Source: a phage
DNA length: 64,000 nt
Strand: one strand, 5' to 3'
Sequence record: PX441839.1
Under the pieces are notes generated by a model that did not search any database, was not told where the DNA came from, and worked only from the letters and a program-made list of their open reading frames with translations. Position 1 is the first letter of the stretch; every line of letters begins with the position of its first letter. Below are positions 35,851 to 45,062 of this stretch, one piece after another. Both the position numbers and the translations under genes were made by a program.

Positions 35851-36370
35851 GGTATTGCTGGATCATTTCCACCTTTTCAAGATCTTCACTTATGCTAATC
35901 CCGAGATTATTCATGGCGTTTCTGGATATTGTTTCCTTGGTTCTTGACCGAAGGGCCTTTTTCAAATCCTTGAGTATATCGTCATGGAAAGGTTTGTCGG
36001 AATTGTCCTGCTCAAGATAGTCTGCCAGTCTACGAAGGGCTTCACTCATCGTGATTTCCGTTTTCCCCTCTAGATGTTTAGACCACAGCTTTTGAACACT
36101 TCCTTCAAACATGTTTAATTCGGAACCAATAACTCCTCTACACTTGCCATCGAAGTGGTCATGGTCCAAACAAGGCTTATCCATTGGCTCTTTTAGTATA
36201 GCACAAACACCGCCTTGTTCGTCAAGAAGTTTTTTACGGTATGCCGTAAGTTTTGCACCAGCAACCCAATTACTTCTGTCGTAATCAACCTTGATCGGCT
36301 TAGTTACCTTTTCCTTCGATGTAAACCTTCGCGTCGTTGATCGCCCTGATTTCCTCATTCGTCTTGCCAC
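35798..36370 (-). CDS. recombination endonuclease VII-like (HNH-type junction resolvase)
   Basis: CAIL ... PCLDHDHFDGKCRGVIGSELNMFEG matches the T4 EndoVII zinc/His motif. Confidence 0.6.
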   Translation of the reverse strand: MARRMRKSGRSTTRRFTSKEKVTKPIKVDYDRSNWVAGAKLTAYRKKLLDEQGGVCAILKEPMDKPCLDHDHFDGKCRGVIGSELNMFEGSVQKLWSKHLEGKTEITMSEALRRLADYLEQDNSDKPFHDDILKDLKKALRSRTKETISRNAMNNLGISISEDLEKVEMIQQYLAEFIRQLEDNYLYEQH

Positions 36371-36953
36371 CGATACCCTCCATCATGACAGCAAAAAGAA
36401 ATTCTTCCCTTGTTGGATTAAAGGGATCTTCAAAATACTCAACCATCCCCCTTCTGAAAAGGCTTATGGGGAAATTGAAAGAGTCTGTCAATGATCTGCT
36501 GTCGGGACTCACTTCCTCCAGAAAACGTGACCTGCCTCGTAGTGTAAAACTCAGGAGGTTCTTCTCAAAAACATCACAACCTTCTGCCCTGATCCTTCCA
36601 CGAAGTATATCTATCTCCTCGGTATCATTAAGATCCTTTAAAGATCTTGTTGTTGCCAACACCTCCGAGATTTCCAATCCTCTTAAACGAGAATACCAAC
36701 AATGAGATATTGTGCTTATTGTTTGTATTTCATACGCCTTGTTGAACAGTGTATCATGTACCCTAACAGAGTAGCTCGGTCCATTCATCCTGAACTTTAT
36801 TCCAATCTCCTTGTCAAATACACTGCTCAACTCCCAGAGAATACTTTTCCTCTCTGTTGAGTCACGACAGACGATGTACTTTAGGGATGCTTGATCTTTA
36901 ATGCTTTCCCAATTCAGTTCTGAATCCCATTCGCTCAATGAAACACCTCCCAA
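36300..36953 (-). CDS. hypothetical protein (217 aa)
   Basis: Six-frame ORF. Confidence 0.45.
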   Translation of the reverse strand: MGGVSLSEWDSELNWESIKDQASLKYIVCRDSTERKSILWELSSVFDKEIGIKFRMNGPSYSVRVHDTLFNKAYEIQTISTISHCWYSRLRGLEISEVLATTRSLKDLNDTEEIDILRGRIRAEGCDVFEKNLLSFTLRGRSRFLEEVSPDSRSLTDSFNFPISLFRRGMVEYFEDPFNPTREEFLFAVMMEGIGGKTNEEIRAINDAKVYIEGKGN

Positions 36954-37494
36954 TCAAATAGGCATCTGCCAGATCTGTTGAACCACCGTTTTTACCGCTC
37001 TTGGTGTATCCGTCCAAAAAGCCAGGATTCAACATCTCGCAAACCTTCATCATCTCATCCTTACCCATTTTAATCTTTACCATCTTACCTTTTTCATTGA
37101 GGTATTCTTGGTCTTGACCGGGCAATTGGTTACGTGCCCAAGACTTAACAGATGTCGGGGCAACCGTGTGGATCTTGTCCATAGTAAAGCCACTGTTCAG
37201 CAATGTCAACTGAATAATGAAAAACAAACCTGCCAGATCGCGGGTAGCATTACCTGCTGAACCAAAGCTGAGAGATTCAAGGACGACATACTCAGCATTG
37301 AATGATTTAGCCACTCCTGCAATTTTATCTGCGATATACTGCATTTGTTGAACTGGGTGGTCAAACTTAATCTGCCACGGCTTCGGTGTTCCTGAACCTG
37401 TTGTGTGGAGAACCTCCTTGAAGATTGGGACACCGTCTTCAAGAATTGTATATGCACAGGATGCCATACTCTGATCTATTGATAATACTCTCAT
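36898..37494 (-). CDS. RuvC-like Holliday junction resolvase
   Basis: MRVLSIDQS ... SCAYTIL and TDLADAYLIGRC follow the RuvC pattern; ATG at 37494 with AGGAGA RBS. Confidence 0.5.
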   Translation of the reverse strand: MRVLSIDQSMASCAYTILEDGVPIFKEVLHTTGSGTPKPWQIKFDHPVQQMQYIADKIAGVAKSFNAEYVVLESLSFGSAGNATRDLAGLFFIIQLTLLNSGFTMDKIHTVAPTSVKSWARNQLPGQDQEYLNEKGKMVKIKMGKDEMMKVCEMLNPGFLDGYTKSGKNGGSTDLADAYLIGRCFIERMGFRTELGKH

Positions 37495-37495
37495 T

Positions 37496-37795
37496 TTATT
37501 CTCCTGTGGAGTGATATTTTTCCAAAATAAACACGTACTGTACGTACCGTTTATCGATCTCGTCATAAATACCAAACATAGCATACTTATCCCCCTTTAC
37601 AGGGGGTTCCATCAAGTATATGGCGCACTCATTACCTTGTTCATTATTCCACACAACAACCCAAGGATCTTCTTTCATTGTCCAAGGCTTATCAATAATG
37701 TAGATCATCTTACGTTCCCCTGGAACAAGACTTGCTCGTACATCATCTGCACGAAGCATACTCTCAACTTGCTCGTCAAAACTCGGTAAGGCCAT
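37496..37795 (-). CDS. hypothetical protein (99 aa)
   Basis: Six-frame ORF. Confidence 0.45.
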   Translation of the reverse strand: MALPSFDEQVESMLRADDVRASLVPGERKMIYIIDKPWTMKEDPWVVVWNNEQGNECAIYLMEPPVKGDKYAMFGIYDEIDKRYVQYVFILEKYHSTGE

Positions 37796-38904
37796 TATAT
37801 TGCTCCCACTCTCTTAAGTACACTTGAAAGGGTTGTTGGGTCATTATATTCCCTCTTCATGTATACCGATTGAAAAATAACAGATGCCCACTGACCTGCT
37901 GTAAACTTCCGATCAATACCCATGTGGTCTGTGAAATGAACACCATCAGGGAACCACATCTTATACTGATTGATTATTGTTGTCCACATTTCTTTTTCCG
38001 TTTTACACCCAGCAAGGAGCTTAAATGCGGACACTTCCCCAAATTTAATATCGAAGTTCTGATACGGCTTGACGTTATCTGCACTATCCCCAAACAACAT
38101 CTGATAGCCAAAGAACAGTTGGCCCCATCCTTTAACCTTGTTGTTGTCCATCCAAATCTCACCCATAGATTCATCGATCAACCAACACTCAGGGTGTTTC
38201 CAGGTTCTCTCGTTTGAGTCTCGCATGGAGTTGAACAGAAGAGACGGAACTTGAACTTGGTCTTTATCGAAGGATGCTACAATGTGACTGAACTTTCCAG
38301 TCTTTTTGTAATTCATATACCCCTTGTACCCAAGTATGGACAGGTAATCGTCTGCCTCGATACCGTCAATAACTACCGCCCCGTACTTACGAACAACATA
38401 ATCCCGAGTCTCTTGCAGTAGGAGTGGTCGAATAGAATCTTCTCGGTTCCCCTTATAGATCTCAGGTGTAGGCAATGCCAATCTGAAATTACCACTTCCG
38501 CCCAAAACCCCGTGACCATTTGGACATTCAAGATGTTCAAGAATTGCGTTAATCTTTATCTTCAAAAGGTGTAGGCAGTTTTCAACTGGTTCTGGTGTTT
38601 GCTTATCAAGGATTTCGAAATCATCCCTTGTCCAAGGTACAAATTTACGACCGGAAGCTAAACACTGAGCCTCTCGGTTAATATTCTGATCCTTTAACCA
38701 CCCACCAACAACATTCTTCTGACGACCCCAGAACTCGGTTTTATTTTTAAATTCCTTCTCAGCACCAGACTTCTTGTGTCGGGCAATGATAGTTCTTTTT
38801 TCTGCACCTGCCGCCGCAACATAACATGTTTGGTCAAGATCAAGTGCAACAACCACATCGTCTGTTACAATACTTTTAAGATCCTTCACTACGGGATAAC
38901 CCAT
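37795..38904 (-). CDS. 5'-3' exonuclease / flap endonuclease (T4 RNase H / T5 D15 family)
   Basis: VIDGIEADDYLS and FGDSADNVKPY match the FEN EADD and GDxSDN motifs. Confidence 0.6.
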   Translation of the reverse strand: MGYPVVKDLKSIVTDDVVVALDLDQTCYVAAAGAEKRTIIARHKKSGAEKEFKNKTEFWGRQKNVVGGWLKDQNINREAQCLASGRKFVPWTRDDFEILDKQTPEPVENCLHLLKIKINAILEHLECPNGHGVLGGSGNFRLALPTPEIYKGNREDSIRPLLLQETRDYVVRKYGAVVIDGIEADDYLSILGYKGYMNYKKTGKFSHIVASFDKDQVQVPSLLFNSMRDSNERTWKHPECWLIDESMGEIWMDNNKVKGWGQLFFGYQMLFGDSADNVKPYQNFDIKFGEVSAFKLLAGCKTEKEMWTTIINQYKMWFPDGVHFTDHMGIDRKFTAGQWASVIFQSVYMKREYNDPTTLSSVLKRVGAI

Positions 38905-39074
38905 TACTGACTCCCCCTCTGTTTCTTGATAAAATGTTCCAGCACAGAAATAACCTTGTTGGCGTCCTCTATGCTTTTTATGTATACAACGTCAACCTGA
39001 TCCTCATCTCTCTCCACAATCGAAACGTAATCCTTTCCTACCCCATTCTTCCGTATTTCTGCCTTAATGATCAC
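38904..39074 (-). CDS. small protein (about 56 aa, GTG start), not in the ORF track
   Basis: GTG at 39074 preceded by AGGGGG RBS; stop overlaps the FEN start (TAATG). Confidence 0.3.
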   Translation of the reverse strand: MIIKAEIRKNGVGKDYVSIVERDEDQVDVVYIKSIEDANKVISVLEHFIKKQRGSQ

Positions 39075-39255
39075 TTCTCAACCCCCTTGCAACCTCTATA
39101 AACTCACTCGCTTTTCGGATGATCTCCTCAGCTTCCACAATGCAACTTATAAACACCGTGTCAGGGTTATCACCATAGTCTTGGGATATGCAAAGATAAA
39201 CATCATCCTTTCCGCAAACCTTTGTCTTAACCAACTCTACCTCTGTATAACTCAA
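39064..39255 (-). CDS. hypothetical protein (63 aa)
   Basis: Six-frame ORF. Confidence 0.4.
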   Translation of the reverse strand: MSYTEVELVKTKVCGKDDVYLCISQDYGDNPDTVFISCIVEAEEIIRKASEFIEVARGLRSDH

Positions 39256-39755
39256 AATGCATCCCCCATCTCATCTTCTGGTGCGGTAGGACGCTTGAAC
39301 TTAAAGTCAGGCCCCATGTACTCTGATAGATAGTCGATGTTCAGTGACCACTCCTGCTGGCTACGCCTACGCCACAATTCAAACTCACCTTTCATGTAGG
39401 AGATGGCCTGATCTCTAGTGATCCCGTTAACCTTCATGAACTGGCGCAGCATACGTTCAACTTTCCCGTTTCTTTCTGCCAAACCTGGGTGGTGAAATTC
39501 ATGACATGGTGGACAAAGACTCATTATCCCAACAAGTCTTACTTCACCATTTGCAAACTCCCAATCCTCGTGTGCTTCCACTGGGTGTTTTCTGCCGTTA
39601 CCGCCTTGTCCACCACAAATCTGACATTTGTAATTATTTTCTTGATAGCACTTTCTTCTGACCTTGTCCCACTGGGATGACGTAAGATAAGACCTAAGGT
39701 TGTTTCCCCACGCAGTCCGTGGGATAAGGCAAATTTTATGCTTTATGTTCACCAC
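39252..39755 (-). CDS. putative HNH endonuclease / zinc-binding protein
   Basis: CQICGG ... HPVEAHEDWEF ... LCPPCHEFHH is HNH-like. Confidence 0.45.
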   Translation of the reverse strand: MVNIKHKICLIPRTAWGNNLRSYLTSSQWDKVRRKCYQENNYKCQICGGQGGNGRKHPVEAHEDWEFANGEVRLVGIMSLCPPCHEFHHPGLAERNGKVERMLRQFMKVNGITRDQAISYMKGEFELWRRRSQQEWSLNIDYLSEYMGPDFKFKRPTAPEDEMGDAF

Positions 39756-40023
39756 TTCCCCCTTTTACTTTATCAACTTCATCCAACAATTCAAGCATTC
39801 TCTTTTTCAAGGCTGCTTGTCCGTGCTTGTAGCAATTGGCGTCTATCTGGATCAGCTTGTTTTCTTTCTCCAAATGATCTATGTAATCTGCGGCAATAGC
39901 CAAACACTGCCTGTACACCAGATTTGCCCCTATCCCAGATGACAAGTCCCTAAGTACATCCTGTAATTTGTGAAACCCTTCTTTCATGGGGTGTCTGCAT
40001 ACGCAATTTGAACGAATATCCAT
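39736..40023 (-). CDS. hypothetical protein (95 aa)
   Basis: Six-frame ORF. Confidence 0.45.
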   Translation of the reverse strand: MDIRSNCVCRHPMKEGFHKLQDVLRDLSSGIGANLVYRQCLAIAADYIDHLEKENKLIQIDANCYKHGQAALKKRMLELLDEVDKVKGGSGEHKA

Positions 40024-40424
40024 CAGATCTTCCTAATAAGGTGGAAAGGAATATTAACTCGGCAATCTTTTGCCACCTTAAAGTCCAGAAAATGATCCAC
40101 CAAATAAATCAAGGACAGCCCGCTAAATTTATCGTCAAACACGGTAACATAATCGAACTCCGGCCCGAGAATATCTACCTTTTCGAAAATCTTATCCAGT
40201 GTGTCAATATTGTTGACTAATTCGCAAGACTCTGTTGGTAGATTTAGAGTCCATCGATTATTGATCGGCCCCTTCTCAAACTGAAAGAAGCCAGTTGCTT
40301 TTGCCATATCCACTGCACGAACCTCAAGAACATTTTTCATTAGTTTCTCCAATAGATGTTTTGTCGTTTTATTTTTCTCTTCACCTCTTCGAGAGGCATT
40401 GCATAGAGTGTCCAAGATAACCAT
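40023..40424 (-). CDS. hypothetical protein (133 aa)
   Basis: Six-frame ORF. Confidence 0.45.
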   Translation of the reverse strand: MVILDTLCNASRRGEEKNKTTKHLLEKLMKNVLEVRAVDMAKATGFFQFEKGPINNRWTLNLPTESCELVNNIDTLDKIFEKVDILGPEFDYVTVFDDKFSGLSLIYLVDHFLDFKVAKDCRVNIPFHLIRKI

Positions 40425-40552
40425 CTGTACTCTCCGCAGTTTACGTATGCGATAGTACCATCCTTACGCGGTTGAGAGTAGTATATGTTACCCTTTCTTA
40501 TCTCTTGTTGCAACCACTTATCATCTGCATTTCTAAGTTTGTAATATGCCAC
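40340..40552 (-). CDS. hypothetical protein (70 aa)
   Basis: Six-frame ORF; overlaps neighbour. Confidence 0.35.
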   Translation of the reverse strand: MAYYKLRNADDKWLQQEIRKGNIYYSQPRKDGTIAYVNCGEYRWLSWTLYAMPLEEVKRKIKRQNIYWRN

Positions 40553-40926
40553 TAGTAGAGATCCTCACTATAAAGCTCATCCTTTGGACCACCCTTCTTA
40601 CGCCAGTGGTTCAACTGCCCAGAGTGCTCGGCGATGATAACAGCCTCTTCCCGAGTAAAGTAATTCCCCCATTGGTCGATGAAACCTTGGTCTTCTCCGT
40701 GAACATGATCCTTCACCAACTTGTCTCTGACTTGGTCAATAACCGCAGCCATATCCCTAGAGTAGTGACGAGCACCTGGGATGACTAGAGTACCACCCTC
40801 TTTAAGTTCAAACCTGTTTGCTGCACAAACGATCCGGCGCTGGAGTTTACGTCCGTCCCACCAGTGGGCTACCTGATAACAAATCTCTGGTAAGTCATCT
40901 CTAAGTTTTTCTTCGATAAAACTCAT
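40552..40926 (-). CDS. hypothetical protein (124 aa)
   Basis: Six-frame ORF. Confidence 0.5.
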   Translation of the reverse strand: MSFIEEKLRDDLPEICYQVAHWWDGRKLQRRIVCAANRFELKEGGTLVIPGARHYSRDMAAVIDQVRDKLVKDHVHGEDQGFIDQWGNYFTREEAVIIAEHSGQLNHWRKKGGPKDELYSEDLY

Positions 40927-40935
40927 ATCCTCACC

Positions 40936-41154
40936 TCACTCAAAGTATTTTTTAGATGGGCAAGAACCACCATATGATTTTTCAACAAATTCGGTATGGC
41001 GTCCGTTACTGTACACACAGACTTTGTGGTTTCCATCACGGTATTCGTCTTCCAGTGGAAGAGTGTTACCAGCATGAGCATCAGAAGATACAAACAGGAT
41101 GCACATAACGACGATTCCCGTAGCAACACCAAACAAGTAATTACGAATTTTCAT
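40936..41154 (-). CDS. small secreted protein with signal peptide (72 aa)
   Basis: N-terminal hydrophobic signal ending in AHA. Confidence 0.45.
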   Translation of the reverse strand: MKIRNYLFGVATGIVVMCILFVSSDAHAGNTLPLEDEYRDGNHKVCVYSNGRHTEFVEKSYGGSCPSKKYFE

Positions 41155-41227
41155 TTTTTATTTCCCCTTTGTTATCTTGTTGTAGATATTATACATATTT
41201 GTTGGAAGGAGTCAACTATTTTCACAA

Positions 41228-41255
41228 AAAGAAAACCGCCCCGAAGGGCGGTATA
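41228..41255 (-). terminator. rho-independent terminator
   Basis: accgcccttcggggcggt followed by ttttcttttt on the minus strand. Confidence 0.55.
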
Positions 41256-41259
41256 AGAT

Positions 41260-41556
41260 TTAATATTTCTCAGAGTATGCTTTACTTAGAGTTTCAATCA
41301 TCACTTCTTGGCGAGTCCGAGGGATAATCTCAACACCTTCTGGAACAGTGTTCATAGTAAATGACACGTTTACCATCTGGCCTGTGTATTCATCCATCAG
41401 TTGTGCAACATATGCCGCAACAGATTTGCCTTCACTGGTAGCGAGGAATTTCAGTTTTTCGTAAGTAACTTCATTGAAATTAATGTTCATATTATCTCCA
41501 TTTATTAGGCAAATTATTTTTCCAGATAGCCGCCCTTCTGGGCGGCAAAACAACAT
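41260..41556 (-). CDS. hypothetical protein (98 aa)
   Basis: Six-frame ORF. Confidence 0.5.
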   Translation of the reverse strand: MLFCRPEGRLSGKIICLINGDNMNINFNEVTYEKLKFLATSEGKSVAAYVAQLMDEYTGQMVNVSFTMNTVPEGVEIIPRTRQEVMIETLSKAYSEKY

Positions 41557-41574
41557 TACTCAGCAGATAAGGGA

Positions 41575-41928
41575 TTACCAATCCACGTTACGGCCCATCA
41601 GGATATCCAGTTCGTTCAGTTGCTCAATCTGGTCTTCCAGAGCGGCGCGTTTCTTTTCTGCGGCATCTTGCTTATCGTATTCACCATTGATCAGTGTACG
41701 CAGGAATTTAGGGTCAATGTTAAGGTCTTCTTTGGTGATTGCCAAGATATCTTTCAGATCCCGTGCTGCATCTTTCTGGCGACGAATCGCATCAACACCC
41801 TCCTGAACAATGTTAGCCAGGCGCTTGCGAGTTTCGATGTCGGAAGGCAGGGTGTTGAGTAATTCCACTTTTAATTTAGCCATTGTAGTATCTCCTTTCT
41901 CAGTTAATGTGCGAGTATTATTACTCAA
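41575..41928 (-). CDS. hypothetical coiled-coil protein (117 aa)
   Basis: Six-frame ORF. Confidence 0.5.
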   Translation of the reverse strand: MSNNTRTLTEKGDTTMAKLKVELLNTLPSDIETRKRLANIVQEGVDAIRRQKDAARDLKDILAITKEDLNIDPKFLRTLINGEYDKQDAAEKKRAALEDQIEQLNELDILMGRNVDW

Positions 41929-41959
41929 TATGGAACTTCTGTCAACTACTTTTTAAAAC

Positions 41960-42136
41960 TTATCGGACAAACATTCTACCTTGCTCATAGTATCCGTTAC
42001 GAATACCCCTCGGAGCAGAAATAGACTTTACAGCAGTAGCACCGCAATTGCAAGGTGCATTTTCTCTCTCAGAGATCTTTCGGTTCTTATCAAACTCTGC
42101 CCCACATTTTGGACATTTGTAAGAGTATGTTGGCAC
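41960..42136 (-). CDS. FmdB-family zinc-ribbon protein (58 aa, GTG start), not in the ORF track
   Basis: Translation (V/M)PTYSYKCPKCGAEFDKNRKISERENAPCNCGAT matches the FmdB pattern MPxYEYxCxxCG...E...CxxCG. Confidence 0.45.
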   Translation of the reverse strand: MPTYSYKCPKCGAEFDKNRKISERENAPCNCGATAVKSISAPRGIRNGYYEQGRMFVR

Positions 42137-42952
42137 TTAATATTTCTCCAGATTCGGTTCAAAGAAGGTGCAAGGCTTCATGATCTTACCTTTATCATCC
42201 TTAAACACAACACGGTTTCCGAACACCTCTCCACGGATACCTTTGTATCTACCTGCATGGTGCTTATTAAGAGATTCTGCCTCGATACTGATCATGTCAT
42301 CAACAGAAAGACCTCCCTTAACAACCCCATATCGAGAAGAAATGAATCCCTCTTTGAATTGTTCAATAGTTGGAATCTTTGACTCATTGGATGACAGAAC
42401 TTCCTCCAATACCGCCTCAATATCCAAATCCATATTGTGGAGAATTGTGCATATCGCACGGAAAGCGAAATGACTCTCCCCGAAACTAATGATCGATGAG
42501 GACAAAATACGAACAAGATCAACCAGAGAGTCGTGTGCCCACGTACCTGGGTCAAGGGCGATCTCTGAGTAATCAACGGCAGCATCAATTGCATCTTCAA
42601 TATTATCAAGAATCTCTGCGTCAACCTTAAGCTTCTTAAGGAAATCCCAGTAAGATACCACAACAAAAAGATCTGCGAGCGCGTCGATGGTTTCTTTCCG
42701 ATCTTTATTCAAAAGAGCATCTTTAAGCTCGTTAAGTTCCTCAACACAGAACGATTTTTGACGATCGATCATCTCTTCACTGTAGTCGTGGTTTTTTCGA
42801 GCGGTTAAGTTAAACTCGCGGACTCGTGAAAAAGCACTTTTTAAAATGTCTCGTTTTTCTTTTTTGGCAAAAGATTCAATAAAAGAATATTCTTGTGTCA
42901 CTTGATTCTCCTCTTCTTTGAAAGTAGGGCCATTATACATGACCAATTCCAT
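42137..42952 (-). CDS. hypothetical protein, possible MazG-like helical domain (271 aa)
   Basis: ELNELKDAL ... ETIDALADLFVVV resembles the MazG EExxE / ELGD pattern, weakly. Confidence 0.4.
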   Translation of the reverse strand: MELVMYNGPTFKEEENQVTQEYSFIESFAKKEKRDILKSAFSRVREFNLTARKNHDYSEEMIDRQKSFCVEELNELKDALLNKDRKETIDALADLFVVVSYWDFLKKLKVDAEILDNIEDAIDAAVDYSEIALDPGTWAHDSLVDLVRILSSSIISFGESHFAFRAICTILHNMDLDIEAVLEEVLSSNESKIPTIEQFKEGFISSRYGVVKGGLSVDDMISIEAESLNKHHAGRYKGIRGEVFGNRVVFKDDKGKIMKPCTFFEPNLEKY

Positions 42953-42955
42953 ATG

Positions 42956-43429
42956 TCAACGATCTTCGTAAACTTTCTTAGCTTCATCTCTCCGCAAGCT
43001 GTTACGGGAATCCCTCAATGCCTCCTTTTTCTTCTGCTCATCCTTCATACGGGCACTCACTATACTTCGAACGGTGTAACCGACAAGCTTTTCCTCTGTC
43101 CCATTCATCCAGTCGAGATCACCAACAAATATGAAGCTATCATCCCACCAATGTTGAATCCAAGTGTATTTCCCAGTTACAGGGTCGTACAAGGTGAAGT
43201 CGGTATAGCAACGACTATCTTCTTCAATCTTAACCTGGTCTTCATCACCCTGTTTGCAGTAAAAACCATCATGGATCTCGATACTACCACTCTTCACCAA
43301 TTTCACAATCTTTTTTGTAGGCTCCTTTATCTGTAACCAATCGTGGAACCATGCCATCCCACAAAACAAGCTGAACAATACAAAAACGAAAACCAGAAAC
43401 GGATCAGACATTATCATTCTCCTCTGCAA
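42956..43429 (-). CDS. membrane-anchored protein (157 aa)
   Basis: N-terminal transmembrane helix. Confidence 0.5.
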   Translation of the reverse strand: MQRRMIMSDPFLVFVFVLFSLFCGMAWFHDWLQIKEPTKKIVKLVKSGSIEIHDGFYCKQGDEDQVKIEEDSRCYTDFTLYDPVTGKYTWIQHWWDDSFIFVGDLDWMNGTEEKLVGYTVRSIVSARMKDEQKKKEALRDSRNSLRRDEAKKVYEDR

Positions 43430-44822
43430 TAGTCATTAACAGGTCGAGTAAAGAGTCAGAGGCTGCGATAATCTCAGGAAGAGAGTTTGCCTGGCTCTTG
43501 TCTCTACGGATCTCTACAAACTTATAGTTCAGTCGAGGAAGGAACAGTGATGCAAGCTCCTTGGTCTCAGACTTCGTAATGTCGTTAGCCTTTCCTGTTA
43601 CAATCTGCCCAATAAAATATTCCCGAGGTTTCTTACGCAGCGCGTCTGTCAAACCGGAGCCAATACCAACCTCTAAAAGTCCATCACGGGATCGGCAAAT
43701 AAGAGCACCGACCAAGTTGGGGTTCTTCTTGTGTGGAATAACATCAACAACTTCGACCTCAAAATCAAACTCATTCTTAAGTTTGATCCCTTTCTTTGTC
43801 TTATTGTCTCCCCAAGGCATAGCTGCCTCTTTGATAACAGTACCTTCTTTCTTCTGCTTACGCATCTCCACAAAGTGTTCGATGGCTTCCCGCATATTGC
43901 TAATGCGACGTCCAGTGATCATCCTGAAATTATCAGGATTGCCAACACTGTTCACAACAATATGGGCAACCAGTCGGCGGTCTTCATAACGAGCTTTGCT
44001 CTTTCTGGCGACATACTCGTCCATGTCTACGCAATCCCAAACCACCAGGCGAACAAGTGCAGGATCGATACTCTCAGGATCTTGGTTAAGGTATCCATTT
44101 CCGATCTCCCGTGGTTGTACTCCGTTAGGATATGAATTGTCGATAACCAAGGCTTCTCCATGAAGAACATAAGGTCCATTCTCACGGGCCTTAAACTTAA
44201 GGCCATTCTCCACGTCAGGTACGCACCGGAAATTTAATTCCTTGCCAGATCGTGATCGATAAATCACCTGTTCAGGCCACACCATAATGTCCGCATACAA
44301 CCCATCCATTTTCTCATCTGAAAATGCACCATCGTAGTTAAACTTACGAAGCAGATCTGGTTTGAATAGCGTGTAGCTTTGATAAGGTGGCTCAGTAATA
44401 AGGTCCTTCCAAACCTTGTTTGTAAGCGTTGTCTGGATACCACACTCAAGATCACGGTTAATAACCTTTACCAGGGTCTCAGGTTCTTCGCATAAACCAA
44501 CCAACTGATCCATGTATGCCTTAGCATCATCTCCGGTATACCGACGACACGCAATGTTGTCAATTAAGTCCTTAATCGAGTCGATCAATGGTCGATTACC
44601 ACAAACCCCGTTTGATGAACAGACACTCTTGAAATTCCGAACAAAAAAGTTCAACTCTTTCGAGTAGGCTACACGAAAAACTTCACGAAGTACATCGTTG
44701 TCTTCATTCTCACGAAGAATGGCCTCTTTCTCTTTTGTAGATCGGGTGTTGGACAGCTTGTTTAAAATTTCAGTTACAGTCATTCGTATCTCCTTTTGGT
44801 GGAATATTGCCGCTGTTGTCAA
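43404..44822 (-). CDS. ATP-dependent DNA ligase (an RNA ligase is not excluded)
   Basis: 472 aa; KMDGLY (motif I KxDG), EGTVIK (motif IV) and a lysine-rich motif V region. Confidence 0.55.
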   Translation of the reverse strand: MTTAAIFHQKEIRMTVTEILNKLSNTRSTKEKEAILRENEDNDVLREVFRVAYSKELNFFVRNFKSVCSSNGVCGNRPLIDSIKDLIDNIACRRYTGDDAKAYMDQLVGLCEEPETLVKVINRDLECGIQTTLTNKVWKDLITEPPYQSYTLFKPDLLRKFNYDGAFSDEKMDGLYADIMVWPEQVIYRSRSGKELNFRCVPDVENGLKFKARENGPYVLHGEALVIDNSYPNGVQPREIGNGYLNQDPESIDPALVRLVVWDCVDMDEYVARKSKARYEDRRLVAHIVVNSVGNPDNFRMITGRRISNMREAIEHFVEMRKQKKEGTVIKEAAMPWGDNKTKKGIKLKNEFDFEVEVVDVIPHKKNPNLVGALICRSRDGLLEVGIGSGLTDALRKKPREYFIGQIVTGKANDITKSETKELASLFLPRLNYKFVEIRRDKSQANSLPEIIAASDSLLDLLMTIAEENDNV

Positions 44823-44961
44823 TTGTTACAAAATCTCCCCTTGTTGTCCAGCAAATTTCACAAACCTCCGCACACAAGGTTATACTCCCATACATGCCCA
44901 CACTCTGCTTCGTATAAGTAAAACTCTCTGTATCTTCCTCACAGATATAACAATATGTCAT
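44770..44961 (-). CDS. small Cys-rich protein (63 aa)
   Basis: CYICEE ... CAEVCEIC. Confidence 0.35.
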   Translation of the reverse strand: MTYCYICEEDTESFTYTKQSVGMYGSITLCAEVCEICWTTRGDFVTIDNSGNIPPKGDTNDCN

Positions 44962-45062
44962 TAACCTCTCCTCAGTGCAGTAACTGTAAGTATAGCAACT
45001 ATCGCACCACCTAATGTAAGAAACATTGCCAAAAACTTGACAGCATCAACAACTATTTCCAT
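44961..45062 (-). CDS. small hydrophobic peptide (33 aa), not in the ORF track
   Basis: MEIVVDAVKFLAMFLTLGGAIVAILTVTALRRG; stop overlaps the next start (TAATG). Confidence 0.3.
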   Translation of the reverse strand: MEIVVDAVKFLAMFLTLGGAIVAILTVTALRRG

